A DNA stretch of 64,000 nucleotides. Source: Octopus sinensis (taxonomy: Eukaryota). The stretch lies in NCBI RefSeq assembly GCF_006345805.1, contig NC_043001.1, positions 56,854,001-56,918,000 on the forward strand. The letters run 5' to 3'. Shown in pieces: positions 10,220 to 24,720 of this stretch. Below the pieces are notes generated by a model. The model had not been told where the DNA came from and did not search any database. It saw only the letters and a program-made list of their open reading frames with translations. Made by a program: the position numbers and the translations under genes. The number at the start of each line of letters is the position of its first letter. Within the stretch, counting starts at the first letter, position 1.

Positions 10220-11244
10220 TGTGTGTGTGTGTGTACGTATGTGTCTCCGTAGGCTTTCTACTTATCGATATGCGTACATGCGAGTTTTAAAAAATGGTAT
10301 ATATTGGTCAAGTGAAAATACATGTTCTGGTGGTTAGAGTGTTGAGCATATAATCCCAAAGGTTTCAGGTTTTCTTCTCGAAACAGGTGAGGTATTGTAT
10401 CATTAAGCATGACACTTCATTCCATGTGTCCTTGTCCCCTCAGGTGCAATGGATGAAGAGTAACCTATCGATGGACTGGTGTTCAGTTTACGGATGAGTT
10501 CAAATACACGGTAAATAAATCTGTATACTCTCATATTCAGTATATCTTGTCTATTTTCTCTCCCTGTTTATTTCTGTGTTCCTTTCTGTCGAAGAGCGTA
10601 GGCTCGAAATGTAATAGACTTTCTCACTTCCCGAGCGTTAAACTAATACATCTGTTTGTTGTTTGCACACGCGCATTTTGTTTTTTTTTTGTAAATTCTC
10701 ACTATATATATATATATCCGGTCACTTAAAAAATGTATCTTTTCCTAACTTGAGCTTCATTTTTCCTTTTGACCTGCCACACAGATCACACGCATTCTTG
10801 TCTGTCTCCTGTCCTATCTTTTCTCCTGTCAAAGCGTGTTCCTCTAGCGTTCGCCACCCCACCTCGTTATAGCTTAGCAGGGCTTATTGTTTGTTTTCAC
10901 TGTCCTGTTTTTTGTTACCAACTTTGACCCTTCGCAAATCTCAAATTTTGTCTTGCTTTGCGGGAGTAGCTGTTTTCTAGAAGTCACATCTTGTCGTAAC
11001 TGCTCGAAATGTGGAGTAGATAAACAGCCGACACTGATGAAAGGTCGTTCTTCGTGTTACTTGTCTTGTTTTCCATTTGTTTCTTGCGTTGTTCACCAAA
11101 GAGTTCGTATTCCATGTTTTCATATTTCGTATTTCATGTTGTTTACGTTTTATGACGTCCTGTACCCATATATGCATATGTAATTACATGTATATGTAAG
11201 TATGTACATATATGTATATATATATATGCATATATATATATATA

Positions 11245-11275
<31 letters not shown>

Positions 11276-12270
11276 GTGTGTGTGTGTGTGTGTGTGTACG
11301 TATGTGTCTCCGTAGGCTTTCTACTTATCGATATGCGTACATGCGAGTTTTAAAAAATGGTATATATTGGTCAAGTGAAAATACATGTTCTGGTGGTTAG
11401 AGTGTTGAGCATATAATCCCAAAGGTTTCAGGTTTTCTTCTCGAAACAGGTGAGGTATTGTATCATTAAGCATGACACTTCATTCCATGTGTCCTTGTCC
11501 CCTCAGGTGCAATGGATGAAGAGTAACCTATCGATGGACTGGTGTTCAGTTTACGGATGAGTTCAAATACACGGTAAATAAATCTGTATACTCTCATATT
11601 CAGTATATCTTGTCTATTTTCTCTCCCTGTTTATTTCTGTGTTCCTTTCTGTCGAAGAGCGTAGGCTCGAAATGTAATAGACTTCTCACTTCCCGAGCGT
11701 TAAACTAATACATCTGTTTGTTGTTTGCACACGCGCATTTTGTTTTTTTTTGTAAATTCTCACTATATATATATATATCCGGTCACTTAAAAAATGTATC
11801 TTTTCCTAACTTGAGCTTCATTTTTCCTTTTGACCTGCCACACAGATCACACGCATTCTTGTCTGTCTCCTGTCCTATCTTTTCTCCTGTCAAAGCGTGT
11901 TCCTCTAGCGTTCGCCACCCCACCTCGTTATAGCTTAGCAGGGCTTATTGTTTGTTTTCACTGTCCTGTTTTTTGTTACCAACTTTGACCCTTCGCAAAT
12001 CTCAAATTTTGTCTTGCTTTGCGGGAGAGTAGCTGTTTTCTAGAAGTCACATCTTGTCGTAACTGCTCGAAATGTGGAGTAGATAAACAGCCGACACTGA
12101 TGAAAGGTCGTTCTTCGTGTTACTTGTCTTGTTTTCCATTTGTTTCTTGCGTTGTTCACCAAAGAGTTCGTATTCCATGTTTTCATATTTCGTATTTCAT
12201 GTTGTTTACGTTTTATGACGTCCTGTACCCATATATGCATATGTAATTACATGTATATGTAAGTATGTAC
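10150..12270. repeat. Near-identical tandem duplication of a ~1.06-kb block
   Basis: The ORF track is duplicated at an offset of ~1063 (10149/11212, 11183/12246). Both copies begin and end in TA/TG microsatellite. Confidence 0.9.
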
Positions 12271-12354
12271 ATATATGTATATATATATATGCATATATAT
12301 ATATTATATATATATATATATAATATATATATACCTATATTTATATCTATATAT

Positions 12355-12430
<76 letters not shown>

Positions 12431-12724
12431 GCGTGTGTCTTTGTGCCTGTATTTGTCCCCCACCACCGCATGACAACAGGTCTTGGCGTGTTTACGTCCC
12501 TGTAACATAACGGTTCGGCAAGGAGAAACATAGAATAAATAGAAGGCTTAACAAAAATTAGTACTGGCAATGATTCATGTAGCTAAAAACTCTTCAAAAC
12601 GGCACTCCAGCATGGCCGAAGTTTAATGAGTGAAACAAATAAAATATAAAAGATAAAAGATAATTATGACTTTTTTTTAGATAATTTATCAATTAGGTTA
12701 ATGACTCCGTATGCTATATATATA

Positions 12725-13345
12725 TGTAGGGAAATAGAGACCATTATTCAAATTCAGAGCAGCATCGTATAGCTGCTAACTTCTGTGGTGATAGATAAGC
12801 CTAATCTATTGAAAAAGTGATGCGTTTCTTTCTAATCCTATGACTAGTACATGGTATACAATTATTGTGTATAAGTAATCCATCGTCTACATATAAATCT
12901 GTCTGAATCAATGGAAAATGTTTCGCTTAATTTATAGAGTATATATATAACGCAATTAGATCAATAACTGTAGCCGAGACACTCGCTTCCATTCTCATTT
13001 CACAAGACGATCTAGATTAGTTTCTTATCCCTAGTGACCGGCCGAATACCTGTTTTTCTAGTTTGCAATCTAACTCCAATTTCAAAATCTTTTTTTGGCT
13101 ATAGTTCTAATATGATTTTCTCTAATAGACTTCGAGTAATAGCAGTATAGTGATTATTTATGTAAAACTGGAGATATTTAGCAGTGTTAGACTTATTATC
13201 TATATTGCGAAACCTATCTATCACAGCTAGAGTGTTAATCCATGAATTAAAACGACACTTTGCTCTTTTTTTAAACACAACATTGTATGAAATTACACCG
13301 CATAAAATACCAATCAATCTTCGAAGCCTTGGCATAAACACTCTT
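12725..13345 (-). pseudogene. Penelope-like reverse transcriptase fragment
   Basis: Translates to WINTLAVIDRFRNIDNKSNTAKYLQFYINNHYTAITRSLLEK (motif A region, cf. QFDI..FYPSI), MEASVSATVIDLIALYI (motif B region), LYVDDGLL (YxDD at 12882-12893) and RIRKK..GLSITTE..LNLNNGLYFP. Confidence 0.85.
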
Positions 13346-13459
13346 CGGAGTGAAATTACATTCACTTCTGTATGCATGCATGTATGTATGTAGGTATATG
13401 TATATACTTATACATCTATCTGTATATAAATGTACGCATATATATATATGTGTGTGTAT

Positions 13460-13574
<115 letters not shown>

Positions 13575-14316
13575 GTATGTATATACACACACATATATAT
13601 TCATATACATAAATACAAACATAAATGTACGCACACATATACGTTGGGGAAGAATGTAAGTGTGTGAACAAAAAGGATAGAATTGAATGCCAGAAAGAAG
13701 GTGGGAGAAGATTTTGAATCAGGTTAAAGAAAAGAGATAGAATAGAGGAAAAAGTAATAAATGGAATTATTTTTGATGGTGTAAGGAAGAAGAGAGGTGA
13801 TGTAAGTTTTGAGAATTTGCTAAAGAAAATAGAAAACTTTGAATGAGATATAAATCGATAGCTCGAAATACAAGGTATCAGGAAAATCGTGTGGATATGA
13901 AATATAAAGTAAATTTCAAAGCTAAAAATAACAATGATGATTGAAAAAATTAGTAAGAATACTTATGAATTATAACCGAGAAAATTAACTTTCATTTAAG
14001 GTAACATTTGTACAATCCTCTTGTCATTGGTATTTAGCACTACGTCAGCCATGGTTGAAGATGACCTGTGATCAAATGCTTTCCAGCCATGAAAATCCAA
14101 TCATTTTTGTCAGATATGGTGTTTCTCGGATTCTATTGTGTCGTCCTTAATTTTTTAAAAGAAATTTATGAGTCGAGGGAAATTTTGGCTCCTATCATTA
14201 GCAATGCAAGTGACAGCTGAGAGGCTCCCTCTGTTTAATAACTGATTATTAGCGCTAAATTTCATGGGACTATAATTTCTTCTTCCCGGGTATAAGGGAA
14301 CTAGGACTACAATTAC

Positions 14317-14508
14317 CCCAAAGTAGTGTTGAATGCTGGAGAATTTGACAGCCAGACTGAACGATAGCTGAGATACTTCTTCTCTGTCTAGTGTAAATCT
14401 TGAATTCACTCTGTGATATTTTCATAATGACTTCAGAAAGTACAGCTGATGGCTTTATCTTTTTTTGTTTATTTAGGTCAGAGTAATCCAAAACTTTTCT
14501 GGAGACGT
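14317..14508 (-). CDS. Candidate internal exon of an unidentified gene
   Basis: Acceptor aatcttttag|AC and donor TGGG|gtaatt. Length 192 nt, phase 1-1, open frame VSRKVLDYSDLNKQKKIKPSAVLSEVIMKISQSEFKIYTRQRRSISAIVQSGCQILQHSTLLW. Confidence 0.45.
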
Positions 14509-15059
14509 CTAAAAGATTGCCAAACTATTAACTATGATACGATGATTAATATGTTTCTTTTTTCACATGACATACTTATCTGGCTATTCAAAAATTATCC
14601 CGGTATATTTTAAAACCCAACAAAGACACTAATTGTTTTTAACGTATTTGGTAATGTTCAGTTTTTCAATTTCTTAGGAATATTTTCCCACAAAAGCGTA
14701 TACATACATCCACGCGTGAATGGATACATACACACATATATGCCACCGGGAACTCTCTTAACTCAAAAAGTATTGTCGCTTTGTTAGTGAACTCAAAGAA
14801 ACATCATACACACATACATACATACATAATACATACATGCATATACATCACATTCATACATTTATGGAATCTGTAACAAATAACGTGTAACCAGGGAACA
14901 TAAAACCAAGATAAAGAAAATTGGGACTTAGGATTGATTTATTTTCTGTACTAGTTTTAATGCCATCATTTGGGTTGCTCATTTGGCCGCCAGATGAGTT
15001 TCTGGCTTTTGATGTTAAAGCTCCAAAAAATTACTTTTCCATGTTAGAAATGTCCACAT

Positions 15060-15520
15060 GAAAAATCATGTAGACCACCTTTGCTTAAAACAAAACGATA
15101 CAGGCTTAATATCAATCCAATCACCCTTTGAATGTCGCATCATATTTCTTTTGCAAACATCTACGAACGACAAAATGACTGTCATGGATCAAGTTCGCAT
15201 ACGTGAGACTGATAACATCAAGAGTATTGAAAAGGAGCTTCTCAGGACTCACTCTGACTGATAACCTATGGTATACAACTAGAACATTTGCACAACTGTA
15301 TTACAGCAGGTCATCAGGAGATGCATGCATACAACAAGTCATCAGAAGATGCATACGTACCAGCAGAAGAGTCTCATATGGTTGTATTCCCGGAAGGCTT
15401 AAAAATGGCAGTAACTTTGATGAAAGAAGTAGTCTATCCTGGACTAACAACCTACATATTAAATCTCATTTCGAAGAATATGTTATTGCCAAAATATCTA
15501 ATGCACAAAAGGGATGGAAG
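15060..15520 (+). mobile_element. Degenerate R4/Dong-like LINE fragment (post-RT region)
   Basis: Translates to GLISIQSPFECRII.., SYGCIPGRLKNGSNFDERSSLSWTNNLHIKSHFEEYVIA and PKYLMHKRD, resembling the LHG..D...S..W..L.SH.EGY..A..TKYL pattern of R4-like elements. Confidence 0.5.
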
Positions 15521-18500
15521 TATGCTGTGGGTCAAAGTCTTGGGTAAGGTGGCTCATTCTTTTTGTTTTCATTGTTACAGTTCACTTAGCTGAAGATAAA
15601 TACCAACGAAAGCTGATGGGATTAACCATGTGGTGATTGGTGTGTATTTCAGTGGGAGATTTTGTCCTCTCCTTAGCAAAAGGAAACCGGGTTTTCCTCT
15701 TGCCCAAAGAAATTGTATACTCGTGAAAAACTTCAGTTTAATATGACATGAAAACTAATCAACAGCTGATGCTTCCGATTAAATAAAGGTCTCAGAATAG
15801 CGTTTACAACCAAATTTACCCGGTCTAATGGTTAATCTGTAGGTAATAATACTTAGATTAATTACATTTAATAACTATGAGATGCAAAACCACATATTTA
15901 GGTTATGAAAAAAAACGATGATATCGACACTAAAAATATGAAGGTATATATCCGTTTCAAGCCTAGATAAAATGCAAAATATTGTTGGCTAGAAATATAG
16001 TGGTTTAATGAATTAGTAATTGACTAAAACATTATTGTGTCGATTACATAAAGAAGAAGAGAGGGTAAATCAGATTTGAACTCCGATCGTAAAGCGATAG
16101 TACTAAAAACGGTATTTTGATCGATTATGTAAATCCATAATAATAATAAAAGCAACAATCTTAAAAATCAATTTCTGTTTTTTTTTTTCTATTTGCTAAG
16201 AAGTTTTGTATAAATAACAACAAAATCACCAACGTCAACAAGAAAACTGCCAATGAGCCATGGTTGATTCCATGGTAAGTTTGTTCAGATTGAAAAACAA
16301 CAAGGAAGTCAGTGTTCAGTTTACTCGATTCGTTTGTAAAGAAAAAAAAATATATATGAAAAGTAAAATTTTTGAATTAACTACAACAATAGAACGATCG
16401 ACCGCAGGTTAATGTTTTGGTAAAAACACGAATTAATAGTCTTAAATAATTTACGGTTTGTTAAACATGTTCTGAATAAGTCTTGATTCTTTCGTGAAAC
16501 AGATGAATACATACAGGAATTTCATTATGTACAAGGTTTCCTATAATGAAATAAGAAAAATATGATGTTGCATCTTTCATCACTTTTACCACTATTATTA
16601 AAATCATAATGGTTATGGAAATTGTTCAAATAGAATTTGAAGCTGAATTGTTGTAATCTTCTGTAACTTGAGGTTAACCCCCAATTTCTTTTTGTAGAAA
16701 GAAGAAGGTTTGTAGTTTTCCCAATGTTTTAGACAACAAAACAACCCCATTATATTTAATTGCAGTAATAATAATAAATGTAAAGAGTTAGCTCATTTCA
16801 GTGTTCGGACGACCAAGCAGAGAAATCGACTTAGAATGTTTCCAGAAATAGGTTTTCTCAAAGGAAGTCTATCATTCGACATTTCTAGCCATTAGTACGA
16901 CAATCGCCGTGTAAATATATTGAAAAATAAACCCATATTTAAATAATACAAATTGTATGATTATTCCCGATTTTAAACACACCAGAAATTATATCTATAA
17001 TAATATTTCGTTATTTATAAGCTATAAGAATATATTCATGCTTTGGTAGCATATGTACTACAATGCAGAGAAGCTATACCCCAGGATGTTTTATAGGACT
17101 ATATTATCCAATTCAACTTTCATTAAAAAAAAAACAAAAGCATGGGAAGTGTTGGCCGTGAGGGTTTTATAGACTACTTTTAGTAGGTTGAGCAGTTGCA
17201 TAGAGAATTCATCGTTCGATCGTTCACTGGTCATAACAAGGAACCTGTACATTTAATTTATAAGTGAACAATATATTTAACTACAAAATGCCTTACAGTA
17301 GAAAATACTTTACTACCGTGTAAATCACAGAAGCTCGTATTTATTAATATGTCACTAAAATCACAAAGAAGAAATAATCAAGTTACATTTATCCTCGTTC
17401 TGTATGTGTCTTATCGATTGGCAAAAAGGAGACAAAAGTAACCTCAGGTAATATCCTAAAGAGTTTTATGAGGGATACTGTATTGTACATTGTAATGTAA
17501 AGGTAGAACGTCAAAACTAAGAGATTGGGAATTTGTGGCCTGAAGATTAGTACTTAAGAAACATCCTGCTCTTGTAGCTTAGTCAGGAAGTAGGCTTGCT
17601 TTATGCATATGAACATATTTATTGTAACACTAATACAGAAAGCGTTCATGAAATACATGAAGAGAACAATTCAAGTGAAATTACGTGCAGGAAATCTTCG
17701 TCAGAAATTCAACGTTCAAGCTAGGTTTTACGCATTAATATATATTCTTGTTTCCGTGTTACAGGAGTGTTTCTTCATCTATCGCGCCAGGTTGAATATG
17801 TAACCGTAAAAAAACAGCTATGTGGTGAGAGTGAACTCTACCGAGTAACGGATCACTCTGAACCTTTCATAATCAAGTGAGCTGTATTTGTAGGCTCTAT
17901 TCACAGAATGTTCTAGTCATGCCACCAGATTATCACGTGAACAAAGCCATTGCTTGGACTGGAATGGAATTTGCGCACATGACCAACTTGCGAGTACTAT
18001 GTAGTAAAAATTGGGGCCGAAAGCAACTGTATAACAAGCTCATAGCTGATGTGTCTCAGTTCCAGCAGGAGCTTAATTTAAGCAACTTATCTACCTACAA
18101 ATAGTAAATTCGATGGTTATTGACTCACATATAGGGTTGCTGCTGATTATTATAACCATGTTCTTGATGATGATAATGATGTTGATGAGGTTGCTTAGTT
18201 CCATGTCAGAGAAGGCGAAGACTGAAATGTTATTTCTAGCACATATGCTGTTAAACAAATGAGAAATTAGTGGTCAGTCACATCAAAGGTATTCCACTCA
18301 TGAACACCAATATAATTTGTTTCCCGATATAGTGTATCTAGGGCTACATTATCCAATGTGCTGATGTTTTTTTAAGATATAAGACAGTAGTCGGCTTTTA
18401 TTTGCAGGAGATTTAGCTGCTAGTTCACATAGATCTAAGGACTACGAAGCGGGTTTTCGTTAGCACTTCTACTACAATTCTGAGATATTAATGCGATATT

Positions 18501-18660
18501 CAATATGATGTGTTTGATCTTTATTAATATTACTTTTGGAAGTTTCAAGGATTAGAAATAAGCCACATACCTATTTCTCCGTGGCATTTTTAGGCAATGC
18601 AAGATAATTTACCAAGCAATAAGCATGTTAGAAAAAAAATGAATGAATAGCTGATCTCAC

Positions 18661-18951
18661 CTCAGCTGATACCAAGAAAGAAAAAAGTAAGATAAAATTG
18701 CGGGAAAAAAACTCTCAACTGCCATAAAATATTGAACAATTCATTTAGTTTCGCTTTCTTCCAAATTGGATCTGAAAATATTTTCTTGTAAACTTGGGAT
18801 CTGTTCTATTTTCACCACCAACAATGAACAATTCGCTAATTTCTAAAAATACTTTAATTTTATTGAAAAATTCTCCAATACATCCCATTCTCCAAGCCAT
18901 ACAAACACAGAGATAGGCAGAGTTGCGCATTCAGAGAGCTTTGTGCATTTC
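18661..18951 (-). other. Exon-like segment with in-frame stops (ambiguous)
   Basis: Acceptor caacag|G and strong donor GAG|gtgaga. Length 291 nt, reading KCTKLSECATLPISVFVWLGEWDVLENFSIKLKYF*...K*IVQYFMAVESFFPAILSYFFLSWYQL. The two stops may reflect a small intron, indel errors or decay. Confidence 0.25.
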
Positions 18952-19239
18952 CTGTTGTTGCATAGCTTAATAATTACATTATGCAATAAATTCTGTGCTG
19001 TGTATCACATTTGATCAATAGAGCAGGAGACCAGTAACCCTATGGAAATATTATTTGGGACAATTCTATTTATGCAACTTCAATTCTAAGCCTATTGGAT
19101 GCATGGAAAACCTTTCACTTTTAATTCTCTCTCCCACTCTCATTCATTCTTTCCTCTTCTCTATCATTTATTTCATACATACAAGCAGACAAATATATAT
19201 ATAACATCACTGTCCCTCACTCTTTCTCTCTGAATATGC

Positions 19240-19302
<63 letters not shown>

Positions 19303-19322
19303 TGTGCGGCCAATAAAGAAAT

Positions 19323-19377
<55 letters not shown>

Positions 19378-19443
19378 ACACACTCTCTCTCCTTCTCCCT
19401 CTGTATATACATACATACATACATACATACATACATACATACA

Positions 19444-19479
<36 letters not shown>

Positions 19480-20278
19480 TATATGTATATATACATATGC
19501 ATTTTCTACTCAAATCTTATATACACACATACATATATGCATAAATACATACGCCGTAGTTGTGCGAGTGTATGCGTCTGAGATGGTGGTCTTGTCAGTG
19601 AGTATACACTCAATAGTGAAAAAGAGAGAGAAAGAGAAAGTGAGAGAGAGAGAGAGAGACAGAGAGAGACGTACAGCTAAAGAAAGAGATATAAAAATGT
19701 AAACACATTTTGAGACATGCAGACAATACATACAGAAATATACGTCTTATTCAGGCCCTTTCACCTGCTTTATATACACCACTCTTGTACATCAATGTTC
19801 AGCGTAACTTCGACGTGAGGTAAAGATTTTCTGGAAAATGTCATCCAGCAGTCAACTTTATGCATCCAGCAAATATTTGGAACGCGGAATTGAAAATCAG
19901 CAGGGAATTCTTTCAGTCGACTGGAAATGGTAACATTCCTATTCTACACCAATATGTTAGCTCACGTGTACAGACTATAGCATGCAGTTACACAGACGGA
20001 CACACACACACATACACACGCACACTCATGTACACACACATACACACAAATATTCACACATGCATCTTCAAGTGCGTACACCATCTGTGTATATGTATAT
20101 GTATGCACCGTTATGTATACAGCATGTATATATATATATATATACATATACATGCCGATCAGGTACTTACAAAACATCCATTTACACATACATATGTATA
20201 TACATAGATCTATATAAAAACACAATCAGAAATACTTGCAAAGATGCACACACACACACACACACCATATATAAATAA

Positions 20279-20352
<74 letters not shown>

Positions 20353-20817
20353 TATATATATAAATCCAGCGAGGGGCCCATACACTTCAGCACACGAGCT
20401 TACGTTGATATACACAGATATATTAATACATATGAGCAAGTACACATGCATAAGATGTGAGCACGCCCACCAACTCTAACCAAGATCCTAATTACAAATG
20501 AAAAATTATTCAAGGCGAGAGACGCATACTTATTGGCACAAATTCTTGCCAGTCGTATGCTTATATAATTACACACATATATTAACACACAAACTCACGA
20601 GTACGTTCATGCACGTATTTGTACACAGCACACAAATACACACGTATATATACACACTGTGTGCAGATAATTATTGATTGGGAAGCAAAGAGAGGAAATG
20701 TGATTTAAATAAATGTATTTCACACACACATACACACACACACACACATATATGTATGGAATGTGTAGGACATAAGAATTTCTAAACTTATTCACATAAC
20801 TATACGCGTTCATATAT

Positions 20818-20870
<53 letters not shown>

Positions 20871-21933
20871 GTATGTATGTATGTGTGTGTTTGCGTGTTT
20901 GTATGTATATATATATATATATATATATATACATGCCTATAATCATACACACACACACTCACATACAAGTTCATGTGTGTGTGTGTGTGTGTGTGTTTGG
21001 ATGCATGTATGAAGATATGCATATGGAGAAATGTAGAAATGCAAGAGGAATATTCTGAACAAATCAATGATAAACCAAAGAATAATAGGAAGTGGGCGCT
21101 GTAAGAGACATATATGTGGATATGCATGGAGGGGAACATATTGAGAGAAAGATAGAGAGAATGAGAAAGAACGAAATGTCGCGTTGCGATGTATTGTATA
21201 GTGAGATTTAGCAAGAGAAGATACAGTGGGACTTAGCAAGAGAAAAAGAGGCGTAAGGGGAGAGAAACAGAGAAAGACTAAGTGAAACGCTGCGAAAAAA
21301 TGAATGAGAGTGAAAAAGTCAGTTTCACTGTGATAGAATGAGATATATAAGTGTTTAGAGAGAAGGAAATAGTTAAAGTAGAAAGAAAAGTGATAAGAGA
21401 TCAGAGAGAATCTGAGAGTGAAAGGCATATTGAGCTATATATATATATATATAGATAGATAGAGTGAGAGATAGAGAGATAGATAGAGAGAGAGAGAGAG
21501 AGAGAAAGAGGGAGAGAGTAAAGGAGAAAACGAAAGCGTGAAAAAAGATATAAATAGAGCAAAAGAGAATAATTTTTTCACAGCATCCAACAGCTTATAG
21601 AATATTAAAACCTGTTTATGCATTTGCATGCATTTTGGCCGGCGCTTTCCGCTTGAATGATTTCGTTTGTTACACTCCAGTGCATCAGGTATGCAGGAAA
21701 GGAATGCCATCTGTTGAAGAATCTGTTTGAGGAAGGAGGTGTTCAATCTCTTAGTTTCCCTGATGTCAACGCATTTACATGTGTACTTATGTGGTACTTC
21801 TGAAACTTAGTGTGCATAAATGTGTGAGCGTACTTATCTGTGTAACTCGCTGAGTGTCTCTGTGTGTATGTGTATCTGTTAGCTTCTTTGCATAATTTTG
21901 CTGCACATACATATTACACAAACACTCATATAC

Positions 21934-21984
<51 letters not shown>

Positions 21985-23329
21985 ATGTAGTATGTGTTAA
22001 GATATATGTATGTGCGCAACACACACTTACGTATATATGCTTGGAAAACCTGCTTATGAATATGCATTGCGGCCGAAATATGCATATGAATGAGTGCTAA
22101 AAAAATTCTGTGTTTCGCTCTCTCCCCGTCTAAATCTGCTTTCTTTATCACTAACTGTCTACTAATCACTATTCTTGTTTCTTATCCACTCTTATAACCC
22201 TTACCTCTTATTCTTATTTCTCTGGCTACCCCATTTTCTAAATATCTACATGCCACTATCCACTATTCACACACGCACTAATACACATTCGAGCAGAAAC
22301 ACACGCACACATATACACATACACGATCATATATCTAGCATCAAATCATCATCCAGTCCATCCGATTCCAGGAGCAGCCACCAATGTTTCTATAATTATC
22401 TGATCACTGGAATATACGTCGACGTGTTTTAGAGTCTTGTAGGAGACAGTCACTATAATCTCTCCAGTAAAATCAGTTCTGAAGGCTACATATCCTACCT
22501 GTTACTGACATATAAATCTACGATTACTATCCTACAGGTCATCCTCACCTCCTATATTTCCCAAACACACACACACACGCACACACGCACACACACACAC
22601 ACACGCACACACGCACACACACACACACACTCTCTCTCTCACACACACACACTAATATATGTCTAAATACTCAGCTCTCTTAGAGCGCCATTCCAACACA
22701 TTTACCAACATGCAAATTTCTAAATTTCAAAGTTTCAACTAAAAGCCATTGTAATCAGCACAGCCGACGAGAAATACGATGCAGTCGCTCGAATTGCGAC
22801 AAATAGCAGCCGCTATATTCCACTCAAATCACACGTCAGTGGAAAGATACATTAGAAAATGTTGTCCATGATAGACATTGTTAGAAAGAAATGAGTCATG
22901 TTCTTACTTTGTTGCCTTTGATTTGAAACTCAGTAATTTTCGAATCCTATTGTTGTTATATTGAAAATTCTTGTCGCAAAAATTTCTACTTCCTCGTATT
23001 TTTGGAAATGTATTTCTATGTCAAAAGTACTTTCGGTTAGTGTAGACACAACTATGGTTGTTTATCAGTGTAATATTGAGTCGCTATTATTATAAAAATA
23101 ATTTAATATAATAACATCTACAGTTTTGATATCTATTCAGTTGTTTGTTTTATGTGTCAATCGAATGCACCAGTCATTGTCCATTCTAACCTTTCATTTC
23201 AGTCTTGTGTGTTGCATTTTGTAAAGCCCACTGATTAATAAGTATATGTAAGTCTGTCTGCTCTAATTTTATCATTTATCAAGACATTACTACTTTTCCA
23301 TCATTTACCTCTCCTCAACGTTGACTGAC

Positions 23330-24720
23330 TCATTTTTCTAAAGCGAGCAGTTCATCAATTCCTCTAGTTCGTCTGTGCACTGCATATAAACGTGTTTCCA
23401 GTTATTTATCAGCAGCAGCGTAAAACTTGATGTCCAACTATAAAATTTCTATTCAAGTTCAGCATGTTTTAAAGCGATGGCTAAAGGTCTTAACGTGAAT
23501 CACAATGAGAGCGGAGAATCGGACTCCCTTTGGAACATTCTCTTTGTAAATGAGAGGTATTCATTTTTAGTATTCCATCTTTAGTATGTTTCTTCAGAAT
23601 TGTTTGCCATTTATTAATGACACATTTGATGTATTTGCATATTATTTGTGCTACTTTATTCATGGTTAATATTTCCAGTATTCACGATGGGGAATCACTG
23701 TCAAAATCATTTTGGTAATCAATCCACACCCTGGTCAGATAATTTTTTCCTCATACGATCGCCAGTTATGGCTTTATTGATCAGTAATTGATCTTAACAA
23801 CCATATGAAACTCTGTAACATCTTTTATATTCTTCTTGAAAAGAGGTTTTTCGTTTTTCAGGTAATCATTTATCATTTGTAATATTGCAGATAAAGCTAT
23901 CGGAAAGCACGTGATATTTCTGTAGCATTATAGTTTACTACATTTTTAGCCTTCGGTTTTAAGATGCATTTTCCATCAGTGCTTTATTCCTATGTTGTTT
24001 ATGGCTCATTCTGTAAGGCAGGTCATTAAATATTTTTGCCACTGTTTTATATTTTGTTGTCTTTGCTGCCCATACTTTCCCCTCAATCCTTGTAATACTC
24101 TTCCGATTGGCACTGCAATTGTTTTTAGTTTGTTTTTTACGTAGTTCTTGATAAACTAGGTTTTTTTTCTTCTCATTTTGCTTTGGAATAGAACTATTTT
24201 GTTCAAAGTATCATTGTCGATTTTCATAACGACCAATTACTTGCAAATTTACAAGGACCTATGATTTTAGAAGCCCTTTGATTTTGAGAGCTTGTTTTTT
24301 CGTTGTGTGATAATTTCTGTAGAATTTATCTATCTCTATCTATTCATGTCTTTCTGTTGTTAGTTTTTATTAAGGATTGAGATATAATGACTTTAGGTTT
24401 CTATTCGTTTTTGACATTGTTTGCTTGGGTGTCGATATTCACATATAGCTAAACCTGAAGAAATACCCTCAAGCACTCATAAATTCGGTGATTGCTGAAC
24501 GCAATATTTGCTGCATCTTTGTGATATTGATGTGTGCTTCTGATTTCATTAAGTATAGGATCACAAGTTTGGGGGCTTTTTTTGTAATGTTGCTATATCT
24601 TAAGTTTCGTCTTTTATTTTTCGTTGATCTACATGAAGTAATTCTTGTGATTTTAATCGTTATATAATTTCTACTCTGCATTATTGTTAATTTTGTTGTG
24701 TTCTAATGTCTATTGTAGTT
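23330..24720 (-). mobile_element. Degenerate R4/Dong-like LINE (N-terminal region + RT)
   Basis: Translates to NITKMQQILRSAITEFMSA, LVYQEL, YRNITCFP, LLINKAI, VWIDYQNDFDS (WIDY at 23715-23726) and MFQRESDSPL (cf. IFQGDSLSP). Many stops. Confidence 0.75.

Noticed and set aside
17870-18110. Possible RTE 3' remnant (MPPDYHVNKAIAW)
   Set aside because: The flanking RWxGH and GRP motifs are not recoverable, so the evidence is insufficient.
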